The notes: a model not told the origin generated them from the sequence alone. A DNA stretch of 25,414 nucleotides from Myxococcota bacterium (GCA_041288095.1 JBGGMJ010000069.1:1-25414); one strand, 5' to 3'. Shown: positions 9,125-17,689, counted from the stretch's first letter. A program made the numbers and translations.

Positions 9125-9588
9125 TGGCACTTTCCCCGTTCAAATCGCCGCAAGGCACCACGGCCCGCAGCGGTAACGAGCGGCGCCGCATCCTCTACGT
9201 CGAAGACGATGACGTGATCTGGGAGGTCGCCGAGTTCGCGTTGCGCAAGGACTACGAGATCACGCGCGCCCGCAACGCCCGCGAGACCTTCGATCTGCTT
9301 TCGCGGAACAAGTACGACCTCATCTTGATGGACATCCAGCTCGCCGGCTCGGACCTCGACGGCATTGCCATCACTCGGCTGCTGAAGGGCCGCTATGACG
9401 GCACCACCCCCCAATACGCCGTTGGTGTGAGCTCGCACGGGGCGCCCATCATTTTCGTGACGGCCTACACCTCGCTCTACAAGAAGGACGATTTGGAGCG
9501 TGCCGGCGGCGACGAGCGCATCTCGAAACCCGTGGATTTTACGCGGTTGTCGCTGGCGATGACGCGCCTCTTGGTGAGGGATCTCTAG
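9124..9588 (+). CDS. Single-domain response regulator (CheY/DivK-like receiver)
   Basis: ILYVEDD, LILMDIQL, FVTAY and SKP motifs, with no output domain. TAATG stop/start overlap with the kinase. Confidence 0.92.
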   Translation: MALSPFKSPQGTTARSGNERRRILYVEDDDVIWEVAEFALRKDYEITRARNARETFDLLSRNKYDLILMDIQLAGSDLDGIAITRLLKGRYDGTTPQYAVGVSSHGAPIIFVTAYTSLYKKDDLERAGGDERISKPVDFTRLSLAMTRLLVRDL

Positions 9589-9721
9589 GCGGCCCCCCTG
9601 GGACCCACTTGCGATCACACCAGTAGATAAGGCCTTGCGCTCGGCTTGAAACCACGCCAACTTGGGCAGCTTAGCGAACCGCCTTCCGCGCGGAGCATTT
9701 TCACCGGGGTAGGAGCTGCAA

Positions 9722-10141
9722 ATGGCATTGGCCAAGCGTGGACGTAAGGGACAAGAGGAACAAGAAGACCGCGAGCTCACCAAGAAGGATCTTGAGGGGC
9801 TGAAGAAGGCGCTGCTCGAAGAGCGCGGCCGCGTGCTTTCCCGTCTCGACAGCCACGTCACGCAAGCCACCGAAGACCGCGACAACCTCGCCGACGAAAT
9901 GGACATGGCGACGCGGCACTCCGACCAGGCCTACCTGCTGCGGCTCGCGGACAAGGAGCACAAGCTCCTCGCCGAGATCGATCACGCGCTCGCCAAGTTC
10001 GAGCACGGCACTTTCGGCGTCTGCGAAGGCACCGGCGAGCCCATCGAGCTGCGCCGTCTCGAGATTCGCCCGTGGACGCGCTACTCGCTCGAATATAAGG
10101 AGCAGCTCGAGCGCGAAAAGGGCAACCGCGCCGGTCGCTAA
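9722..10141 (+). CDS. dksA: DksA/TraR family RNA-polymerase-binding transcription factor
   Basis: Coiled coil with DxxDxA tip (DEMDMA) and IDHALAKFEHGTFGVCEGTGEPIELRRLEIRP. AGGAG RBS at 9711-9715. Confidence 0.88.
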   Translation: MALAKRGRKGQEEQEDRELTKKDLEGLKKALLEERGRVLSRLDSHVTQATEDRDNLADEMDMATRHSDQAYLLRLADKEHKLLAEIDHALAKFEHGTFGVCEGTGEPIELRRLEIRPWTRYSLEYKEQLEREKGNRAGR

Positions 10142-10147
10142 AGCGGA

Positions 10148-10176
10148 CAGTCGGCTATCGGCTATCGCTTCCGACT
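10148..10176. repeat. Short heptamer repeat (cagtcgg ctatcgg ctatcgc) within a weak hairpin between convergent genes
   Basis: Three 7-bp units at 10148-10168. AGTCGG (10149-10154) can pair with CCGACT (10171-10176). Confidence 0.45.
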
Positions 10177-11756
10177 CAGTGCTCTTCGTACAGATAGCCT
10201 GCTTGCTTCGCCCAGCGGATGACGCTGTCTCGGTACGCCGTGCCGTCCTTGCCGCGATCCAGGAACACGAACTCTGATTTGTACTTCTTGCCGGGCTCAC
10301 CAATGTACGTGGTGATCACCACACCCTGATTCTTCTGGGCCGTGTAAGCGACGCGCTCGAGCACCGCATCCAGGCTGGCCTTGTCCTTGAATACCATCTG
10401 GCGGTGGCAGAACTCGGGAAAGCCGAGCTGCGTAGCGATGACCGTTGGGGTCGAGACCGCGGTGCGGCGCGGGTTGCACTCGATGAAGTCCACATCACCA
10501 TCGACATCGCTGATGCGGGCGTCGATGCCCAGGTGGCCGCGGAAGCCGACGCGCTGCGCGAAGTCCGCGAACGGTTTCATGGCGCGAGCGTAAGCGTCCT
10601 GGATGCGCGAGCGGTCGCCGGGGATGGCGTTGCCGACGTGGCTCACGCCGTGCTCCATCTCCTGCGTGCTCGACGAGATGAGGGTCGCGCCGCGCTCGCC
10701 GCAGTGGAACAGGAAGCTGATGTCCTCGCCGGGCACCCACTGCTGCACCTGAATGCGGTCGGTTGCCTCCAGCGCGGCCACGCGCTTCTTGAGGTCGTCG
10801 ACATCGTTGACGAACTTCACGCCGGAGCCGCCCGCCGAATACTCCGCCTTGAGGATCAACGGGGTACCGACCGGGATGCGCGTATAGTCGATCTTGCCGG
10901 CGATGTTGTTGTGGTAGGTCTTCGGCACCGGGACGCCAAGGCGCTGACAGATGTTCACGCCGTCCAGCTTGTTGTTGAGCACCTTGCTCCAGGCGACCGA
11001 CTTCTTGTCGACGTGCTGGGTGTCGCGCATGAACATCTCGACGGGGCCGTACTCACGTTCGATCTCGGGGCGATGTTTGCGGAACTCGCTCTCCCGCATG
11101 ATGTACGGATTCGGCAGTCCGGCTTTCGCGCGCGACTTGCGAATGGCGTCGATACCGACCTGCTGCATGCGGTCCGGTAACACCACGATGTCGGAGGTGT
11201 TGGTCGAGATGCCCATGCCGCGGCCCGCATAGTCCTCGGCGCCGTAAATCAACTTCGTGTCGATATCGAGCGCGGTCATGTCGAAGTAGATGACGTTCTT
11301 CGGATGCACATCCACGAGGTGCGCGAGCGCCGCGCTGACGCCGGCACCGGCGTGTCCGAGCCACGCGTCGCCGCGTACCCACGCTTCGGCTCCCTCGCGC
11401 GCGGCGTACGTCACACCTGGCAGAATCTGTAGGCGCTGGCTGAAGGCTCTGACGGTCGCATTGGACAGGCCACCCAGCAGCTTCTCTTGGGCGCGGACGT
11501 CGGGTCTCTTGGCGAGGCCGATGAGCGATACGACGTCGAAGCGGACGAGACGCTCGGTGGCAACGGGGTCGAGGTCGGCGACCGAGAGGCTGGGGGCCGG
11601 CCCGCTTTGCATGGCCGCGACGTTCATCGTAGTGGGCGGAAGGTGACCTTGAGGCGATGGGGAAACCCTCGGCGTCGGATCAGCGTTCGTCGCGGGGAGA
11701 GTCGTGTACTGAATGGGACGCAAGGCCCCTTGATCAGCCTTTGAGCTGCCTTCCAT
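10176..11756 (-). CDS. ATP-grasp domain protein (putative amide/peptide ligase) with Pro/Ser/Thr-rich N-terminal extension
   Basis: ATP-grasp motifs LGVPVPKT, LILKAEYSAGGSGVKFV, QVQQWVPG, GFRGHLGIDA and FIECNPR. Substrate unknown. Confidence 0.8.
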   Translation of the reverse strand: MEGSSKADQGALRPIQYTTLPATNADPTPRVSPSPQGHLPPTTMNVAAMQSGPAPSLSVADLDPVATERLVRFDVVSLIGLAKRPDVRAQEKLLGGLSNATVRAFSQRLQILPGVTYAAREGAEAWVRGDAWLGHAGAGVSAALAHLVDVHPKNVIYFDMTALDIDTKLIYGAEDYAGRGMGISTNTSDIVVLPDRMQQVGIDAIRKSRAKAGLPNPYIMRESEFRKHRPEIEREYGPVEMFMRDTQHVDKKSVAWSKVLNNKLDGVNICQRLGVPVPKTYHNNIAGKIDYTRIPVGTPLILKAEYSAGGSGVKFVNDVDDLKKRVAALEATDRIQVQQWVPGEDISFLFHCGERGATLISSSTQEMEHGVSHVGNAIPGDRSRIQDAYARAMKPFADFAQRVGFRGHLGIDARISDVDGDVDFIECNPRRTAVSTPTVIATQLGFPEFCHRQMVFKDKASLDAVLERVAYTAQKNQGVVITTYIGEPGKKYKSEFVFLDRGKDGTAYRDSVIRWAKQAGYLYEEH

Positions 11757-11763
11757 GATCTGT

Positions 11764-11790
11764 GTATCGTCACTCAGCAGCGATCGTTGC
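11764..11790 (-). promoter_or_regulatory. Putative sigma28-like promoter GCAAC-N16-CGATAC, 7 nt upstream of the ATP-grasp ATG
   Basis: The -10-like element resembles the FliA consensus GCCGATAA. No Shine-Dalgarno is visible, suggesting a leaderless mRNA. A similar motif lies at 19730-19757. Confidence 0.4.
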
Positions 11791-11925
11791 CAACTCGCTC
11801 AATTTTGTTGGCCTGACGGGTGTTCAGGGCGGACCCGCGCATTGATGGCTGCTGACCACCAATAAGTCGCGGTGGCGGGTTTATGTGCCCGACCCGACTC
11901 GAGTTTTCGGTCTAGCTCGCGCTTT

Positions 11926-13818
11926 TCAGGCGAACAGCGGGGCGTCCGTCGGCGGCCGGGCGGGCCCTGGAATTCCCACGGCGTCAGCGGCCTCGGCCAC
12001 GGTCCGAACCTCGACGGAATCGACGCCGAAGAGGTCGGTGGCGGCCTTGAGCCAACCGATGCGGGCCGCTTGGAAGGTCGTATCCGGCGTGAAGTAGACA
12101 TTATGCGCGCGGTAGTAAATGCGCAGCGCCTTCTCCATGCCGAGGCCCTGGACCACGCGCGCTTGCGAGGTGCGGTTCACGCCACCTTCGGCGAGCAAAT
12201 AGAAGAAGTTGTTGGCAATGCCCGAGTTCCAGTGGACGCCGCCGTTGTCGGCGCTGCCCGTGTAACGGGTGCGGTAGTTGTCGCGCGACGACTTGTCCTT
12301 CGTCGGGTCGTTCATGTAGCGGATGGCGTCGTCGGGAATGTTCGGGGTGTAGCTGTCCTCGAAGAGCAGATAGTCGCGCAGGACGCCCGCGCCGCGCGCG
12401 CCGCGCAGAAACCAGTTGAAACCGGCGGCGCCGATGACGTCGGAGCCCGCTTCGTTCAGCGCGCCGGACTCGCCGCGATAGATGAGGCGGCTCGTTGCGT
12501 CGGTGAGACCGTGGGTGGCTTCGTGACCGCCGGTGTCGGAGTCGGTTTGCGACAGGTTCTCGCCGCCGTCACCGTCGCCGTAGTTCATGGTCTCGCCGTC
12601 CCAGAAGGCGTTGGCGTAGTTGTTGTAGACGTGGACGTTCGAGAGGAGGCGCTTGCCGCGGTCGTCGAGTGAGTTGCGGCCGAAGATCTCGCGCAGATAC
12701 TTGAGGTACTGCACGGCGGCGTATTGCGCGTCGACGGCATCGCGAACGCGCGCGTCGTCACCGGGGCCGGCCCAGCGGTTGTCGTTGTCCGTGAAAACGG
12801 TGTTGCGTGAGCCCGAGCCGCCGGCGCCGTTGTGGGCGTCGCGCGTCTCGGCGTCGTTGTGGGTCGGATCGCGCAGGACGTAGCCGTCGCCGTCGCGCGT
12901 CGTGGTGAGCGGGACGTTGCCGCTGAAGATCGAGTTGCCGGTGCCCTCGGCGGGCACGTCGCGTCCGGTCCGGGTGGCGGCGATGCCCTGGTTGCGGGCC
13001 TCGCTCACCTGGCGCGTCGCCTGCTCGTGGCGGGCCCAGGTGCGGTCGCTGAAAGTGAGAGGTAAGAGCTCACCGCTGTGCGCGTCGACGAAGTAGTGAG
13101 TGCGTCGCGGCTTGCCGTCCGCGAAGGCGGATAGTGCGATATAGTGGGCGAGGCGGAACTCGCCATCGTCGAGCTTGACGACCACGAGGCTAGGGCCGTG
13201 CGTGCGCTCGGGGATCGCGGCGAAGGCGCTGACCGCGGTAACCATCGACGAGTCCTCGCTCATGCGCGGCTTGGTATCGAGCGAGAGGTCGTTGGGGAGG
13301 GTGCCGCTGGTGACGTCGCGCACGGTGCCGTCTTGCCCCAAATGAGTGACCACTTCGCTGCCGAAGATGGGGACGCCGTCGTAGGTGCGAGCGAGGCGGA
13401 CGTTGGCGCGGCCGAGCTCGTCGCGGAAGGCGAGGCGTGGAGCAAAGCCGTGCGCCGAGCCGATGACGCGGGACTGCAGCGCCGTGAGGCTCGCCATGGT
13501 GGCGGCGACGGCTTCGCGCTCGGACATGCGGACGTAGTCGAAGTTGGGGCCGAAGATTTCGCTGGCGGAAAGGACGGCGAGGGAGCGACCGAGGTTGTCG
13601 GTCGCGGCGACGTTGACCGCGGACGGCCGAGCAGCGAGCTCCGCTTGGCGGATGGCCGAGGACCGAACGCCGATCACCGAGGGCCGATCGCCGTTTGCCG
13701 AGGACCGAACACCGATCACCGAGGGCCGATCACCGATTGCCGATGACCGACTACCGATGGCCGAGTGCCGAACACCGACTGCCGACAGCCGATTGCCGAT
13801 CCGACTCACGTCCGTCAT
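11926..13818 (-). CDS. M4 (thermolysin-like) zinc metalloprotease, copy 4
   Basis: FTP/PepSY-like propeptide (DELGRANVRL, YFVDAHSG), NAFW, HEATH, GALNEAGSD and GGVHWNSG. No hydrophobic signal peptide; the N-terminus is encoded by a 7-bp repeat. Confidence 0.93.
   Translation of the reverse strand: MTDVSRIGNRLSAVGVRHSAIGSRSSAIGDRPSVIGVRSSANGDRPSVIGVRSSAIRQAELAARPSAVNVAATDNLGRSLAVLSASEIFGPNFDYVRMSEREAVAATMASLTALQSRVIGSAHGFAPRLAFRDELGRANVRLARTYDGVPIFGSEVVTHLGQDGTVRDVTSGTLPNDLSLDTKPRMSEDSSMVTAVSAFAAIPERTHGPSLVVVKLDDGEFRLAHYIALSAFADGKPRRTHYFVDAHSGELLPLTFSDRTWARHEQATRQVSEARNQGIAATRTGRDVPAEGTGNSIFSGNVPLTTTRDGDGYVLRDPTHNDAETRDAHNGAGGSGSRNTVFTDNDNRWAGPGDDARVRDAVDAQYAAVQYLKYLREIFGRNSLDDRGKRLLSNVHVYNNYANAFWDGETMNYGDGDGGENLSQTDSDTGGHEATHGLTDATSRLIYRGESGALNEAGSDVIGAAGFNWFLRGARGAGVLRDYLLFEDSYTPNIPDDAIRYMNDPTKDKSSRDNYRTRYTGSADNGGVHWNSGIANNFFYLLAEGGVNRTSQARVVQGLGMEKALRIYYRAHNVYFTPDTTFQAARIGWLKAATDLFGVDSVEVRTVAEAADAVGIPGPARPPTDAPLFA
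13656..13800. repeat. Degenerate 7-bp tandem repeat (CCGANNN)x20 inside the 5' end of protease copy 4
   Basis: Twenty units in exact 7-bp register from 13656 to 13795 (one is CCGT-), plus a partial unit. Includes a 42-bp higher-order duplication (13656-13697 vs 13698-13739, 3 mismatches). Confidence 0.92.
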
Positions 13819-13822
13819 GGCG

Positions 13823-15706
13823 TTAGCTCACCAATCCTGCGGTCACGGTTTGCGCTTCGATGCCCACCGCGCTCGCCGCCGCCCGCACCGTGCGTAGCTC
13901 GGCCGAATCGCGGCCGTACAAGTCTTCAGCCGCGCGCTCCCACGCCGCGCGGGCCTGCGCGAAGGTGGTGTTGGGGGTGAAGTAGACGGTGTTGGCGCGG
14001 TAGTAGATGCGCAGCGCCTTCTCCATGCCGACGCCCTGAGCGATGCGCTGCCCCGAGGTGGGGTTCGCGCCGCCGTTGGCGAGCAGGTAGAAGAAGTTGT
14101 TCGGGACGCCCGAGTTGATGTGGACGCCGCCGCGGTCTTGTTCGCCGCGGTACATGGTGCTCACGTGATCGCGCGAGTACATCTCGCTGGTCGGGTTGCG
14201 GCGGTCGCGCGAGGGCGCATCCATGTAGCGCAAAGCGTCGCCGCTGATGCTGGGCGTGATCGCGCTCTCGCCGATCATGTAGTCGGTGGCGATGCCCTGA
14301 TCGCGGCGGCCACGCAGGAACCAGGACAGACCAGCGCTGCCCATGATGTCGGCGCCGGCCTCGTTCAAGGCTCCGGACTCACCGCGGTAGATCAAGCGGC
14401 TGGTGTTGGAGATGAGGCCATGCGTGATCTCGTGGCCGGCGATGTCGGGGTCGACCATCGGCCCGGCGACGCGACCGTCGCCGTCGCCGTAATTGACGCT
14501 CGTGCCGTCCCAATACGCGTTCACCAGGTTCCGGCGAACGTGCACGTTCGAGATGATGCGCGCGCCACGGTCGTCGATCGAGTTACGGCCGAACATCTCA
14601 CGCAGGTACCGGAGGTAGCTGACCGCCGAGTAGTGGGCGTCGATGCCGGCGCGTTGCCGCTCGTTGTCACCTGCCTCACCCCAGATGTTGTTGGTGTCGG
14701 TGATCGGCTGACCACCGTTGCCACGGCCGCCGAAGATGCCACCGAGTCCGCCAAAGCCACCGAACATACCCTGGGCGTTGCCGGCGTCGCGGGTTTCGCT
14801 GCCACTCGCCGGGTCGCGCAAGATGTAGCCGTTCATGCTGCCGCGCGAGGTCGCGAGCGGGACGACACCCGAGTAGATCGAGTTGCCATGGCCGGCCGGG
14901 ATGCTGGGCGCGGCGGCTTGCGGACGCAGCGAGAAGCCGGTGGTCGCGCGGCTGCCCAGGTGCGTGCGCGTGCGCTCGATCTCGTCTTCGTCGAGGAAAC
15001 CGCCGGCTTCGTCGAAGCCGAGCGGCAACACCTGGCCGGTCTGCGCGTCGACGAATACGTTGGTGCGGCGCGGCGGCAGATCCGCCGGCTCGATGGTGGC
15101 GGTCACGTGGTAGGCCAACCGGTATTCGCCGTCGTCACCCTGGACGATGGCGAGCTCGGCTTTGCCGCTCTGGGTCGGCGTCGCGCCGAGGGACGCGATA
15201 GCGGTCGCTTTGGCGGCGTCCGCCGAGACGCGCGCGTTCATGTCGAGCGGCAGACGCGCGGGGATGGCGGCGCCCGTCATCGATGCGACGCGACCTTGCT
15301 CGTCGAGATGAGCGATGGCTTGGGCACCGAAGATAGGCACGCCGTTGTAGGTGCGATCCATGCGCACGTGGCTGCGGCCGAGCTCGTCGCGAAACGCCTG
15401 CGACGGCACGAAGTCGTGCGCGTTGCCGACGAAGCCGGTGCTCGCGACGTTGCCGCGCGCGGCTGCGAGCGCGGCGGTGGTGACATTGACCGCCTCGGTC
15501 TCGCTCATGCGGGCGTAGCGAAACTGCGCACCGAACGCGAGAGCGCTCTTCTGTGGCGCCGCCGGTCCGCTGAAGCGGGCAGCCGGGGGCAGCTCGAAGG
15601 GCAGGGGCGTGCCGTCGAGAGCAGAGGGCGTCATGTCGACGACGACCGCTGGTTGGTGCGGGGCGATGGGCGAAGTGCGAACGGGGCCGATGGGATCGCT
15701 AGCCAT
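13823..15706 (-). CDS. M4 (thermolysin-like) zinc metalloprotease, copy 3
   Basis: Start ATG 15706 with GAGGA RBS (alternative TTG 15721). NAYW, HEITH, GALNEAGAD and GGVHINSG. No signal peptide. Confidence 0.93.
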   Translation of the reverse strand: MASDPIGPVRTSPIAPHQPAVVVDMTPSALDGTPLPFELPPAARFSGPAAPQKSALAFGAQFRYARMSETEAVNVTTAALAAARGNVASTGFVGNAHDFVPSQAFRDELGRSHVRMDRTYNGVPIFGAQAIAHLDEQGRVASMTGAAIPARLPLDMNARVSADAAKATAIASLGATPTQSGKAELAIVQGDDGEYRLAYHVTATIEPADLPPRRTNVFVDAQTGQVLPLGFDEAGGFLDEDEIERTRTHLGSRATTGFSLRPQAAAPSIPAGHGNSIYSGVVPLATSRGSMNGYILRDPASGSETRDAGNAQGMFGGFGGLGGIFGGRGNGGQPITDTNNIWGEAGDNERQRAGIDAHYSAVSYLRYLREMFGRNSIDDRGARIISNVHVRRNLVNAYWDGTSVNYGDGDGRVAGPMVDPDIAGHEITHGLISNTSRLIYRGESGALNEAGADIMGSAGLSWFLRGRRDQGIATDYMIGESAITPSISGDALRYMDAPSRDRRNPTSEMYSRDHVSTMYRGEQDRGGVHINSGVPNNFFYLLANGGANPTSGQRIAQGVGMEKALRIYYRANTVYFTPNTTFAQARAAWERAAEDLYGRDSAELRTVRAAASAVGIEAQTVTAGLVS

Positions 15707-15717
15707 GAGAATTTTCC

Positions 15718-17616
15718 TCAACCAACAAGAGTGGCGCCGCCTGGGGCGGCTTGGGGTGCTTCGATGCCGACCGCGGTGGCGGCATCACGAACGGTCGCAA
15801 GCTCGGCGGAATCGGCGCCGTAGAGATCGGCGGCCGCCTTCTCCCAACCAACCCGCGCCTGCGCGAAGGTGGTGCTCGGCGTGAAGTAGACCGTGTGCGC
15901 GCGGTAGTAGATGCGCAGCGCCTTCTCCATGCCGATGCCCTTCTCGATCTTGAGCTTCGAGGTCGAGTTCTCGCCGCCGGCCGCGAGCAGGAAGAAGAAG
16001 TTGTTGGCGATGCCGGAGTTGATGTGGACGCCGCCGTTGTCGCCGCCGCCCTTGTAGAGATCTTTGTAGTTGTCGCGCGAGTAGTTGGTGTTGCCGCGGG
16101 TTGCCTTGTCGCGCGTCGGATTGTCCATGTAGCGCCAGGCGTCGCCTTCCTTGCCGGGCGTGAACGAGTCCTCGCCGAGCAAGTAGTCGCGGTCGATGCC
16201 CTGATCTTTCATGCCGCGCATGAACCAGGAGAGACCGGCGCTGCCGATGATGTCCGAGCCGGCTTCGTTCAAGGCGCCGGACTCGTTGCGGTAGATGAGC
16301 CCGCTGGTGTGCTGCGTGAGGCCGTGCGTGATCTCATGGCCGCCGACGTCGCGGTCGACCATGGGCCCGGCGACGCGACCGTCACCGTCGCCGTAGTTCA
16401 TGGTGTCGCCGTCCCAGTAGGCGTTCACGAAGCTCTCGCGGACGTGGACGTTCGAGAGCAGCTGTTGCCCCTTACCGTCGATCGAGTCGCGCGCGAATAC
16501 CTGCTTGAGCAGGCCGAGGAACTGCACGGCGGCGTAGTGGGCGTCGATGCCGGCGCGTTGGCGGGCGTCGTCTCCGGCCTCGCCCCACTTGTTGTTGTCG
16601 TCGCCGAAGACCTTGTTCTCGGCGCCAGTGCCGCCCTCGCCGTTCATGGCGTCGCGAGTCTCGGTCTTGGCGGAGCCCGGGTCGCGCATCACGAACTTCC
16701 CGGAGGCGTCCTTGGTGGTGGCCAGCGGGACGACGCCAGAGTAGACCGAGCTGCCGGTCCCGTCCGCGATGACGGGCACCGGCTGCGGCGTTGGATTGCC
16801 GATGCCCGGGCCGCGCGGCAGTGATTTGCGTACCGCTTCGACGTGCTCCGGATCCGCGTAGCCGTGCAGCTCGTCGAAGGAGAGCGGCAGCATGGCGCCG
16901 CTGTGCGCATCGACGAAGTAGTTCATCTTGCTGGCGCCGGCCTCGTGACGCGCGAAGAGCACCACGTGATGGGCGAGGTGATAGGCGCCACTGTCGTCGG
17001 CGATGATCACGAGGCGCGAGCCGGCGGGCCGGGTCGGCTGTTTGCCGAAGGCGGCGAGCGCGGTCGCGAGCGCCGTGGCTTCGGAGACTGTCGGCTTGGT
17101 GTCGACGGGGAGGCGCGCCGGGAGCTTGGTGCCGGTGATGTCGGCGACCTTGTCCTCGGCTCCAAGATGGGAAACGACCTGCTCGCCGTAGATCGGCACG
17201 CCGTCATAGACGCGGTTCAAGCGGACGTTGACGCGGCCGAGCTCGTCCTTGAAGGCGAGCGCCGGCGCGAACCCGTGGGGCGATGAGGCGAAGCCGGCGC
17301 CGATGATCTTTGCCTTGACGGCGTTGAGGCTCGCGACGGTGGCGGCGAAGGCGCGCTCGTCGGTGAGCCCGACCACTTTGAACTGCGGGCCGAAGGCCTT
17401 GATGCCGGCGAGAGCCGAGATGGCGTCACCGACGCTCGAGGATTGCGTGGAGGCACCAGCGGACAGTGGCCGTGGGCGGATGAGCGACGCCGAGAGATCG
17501 AGAACGGGGGCGTCGGGAGCCTTGGCGGCTTTCGCGGACAGCGTGCCGCGGGGGGTGAAGCACGAGTCGGGCGCGAGCTTGGTGAAAACGGACACGAGGC
17601 TGCGGATGTCGTTCAT
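15718..17616 (-). CDS. M4 (thermolysin-like) zinc metalloprotease, copy 2
   Basis: Propeptide DELGRVNVRL and YFVDAHSG, then NAYW, HEITH, GALNEAGSD and GGVHINSG. No signal peptide. Confidence 0.93.
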   Translation of the reverse strand: MNDIRSLVSVFTKLAPDSCFTPRGTLSAKAAKAPDAPVLDLSASLIRPRPLSAGASTQSSSVGDAISALAGIKAFGPQFKVVGLTDERAFAATVASLNAVKAKIIGAGFASSPHGFAPALAFKDELGRVNVRLNRVYDGVPIYGEQVVSHLGAEDKVADITGTKLPARLPVDTKPTVSEATALATALAAFGKQPTRPAGSRLVIIADDSGAYHLAHHVVLFARHEAGASKMNYFVDAHSGAMLPLSFDELHGYADPEHVEAVRKSLPRGPGIGNPTPQPVPVIADGTGSSVYSGVVPLATTKDASGKFVMRDPGSAKTETRDAMNGEGGTGAENKVFGDDNNKWGEAGDDARQRAGIDAHYAAVQFLGLLKQVFARDSIDGKGQQLLSNVHVRESFVNAYWDGDTMNYGDGDGRVAGPMVDRDVGGHEITHGLTQHTSGLIYRNESGALNEAGSDIIGSAGLSWFMRGMKDQGIDRDYLLGEDSFTPGKEGDAWRYMDNPTRDKATRGNTNYSRDNYKDLYKGGGDNGGVHINSGIANNFFFLLAAGGENSTSKLKIEKGIGMEKALRIYYRAHTVYFTPSTTFAQARVGWEKAAADLYGADSAELATVRDAATAVGIEAPQAAPGGATLVG

Positions 17617-17634
17617 GGCGCTTGGACTCGGGTG

Positions 17635-17689
17635 TGAAAAGAACGGAAAGAAGAGAAGGCGCGCCGCGTGGTGGGCACGGCGCGCCTTC
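17635..17689 (-). terminator. Intrinsic terminator-like hairpin after protease copy 1
   Basis: Perfect 12-bp stem GAAGGCGCGCCG (17655-17666) / CGGCGCGCCTTC (17678-17689), followed on the minus strand by TCTTCTTTCCGTTCTTTT. Confidence 0.7.

Noticed and set aside
13656-13800. Repeat tract as a CRISPR array
   Set aside because: The period is 7 bp, there are no 25-45 bp repeats with unique spacers, and no cas genes are present.
10176-13818. ATP-grasp plus peptidases as a RiPP (graspetide-like) cluster
   Set aside because: I found no credible precursor peptide or exporter, and M4 proenzymes are not typical leader peptidases. The 11799..12101 ORF overlaps copy 4 and looks spurious.
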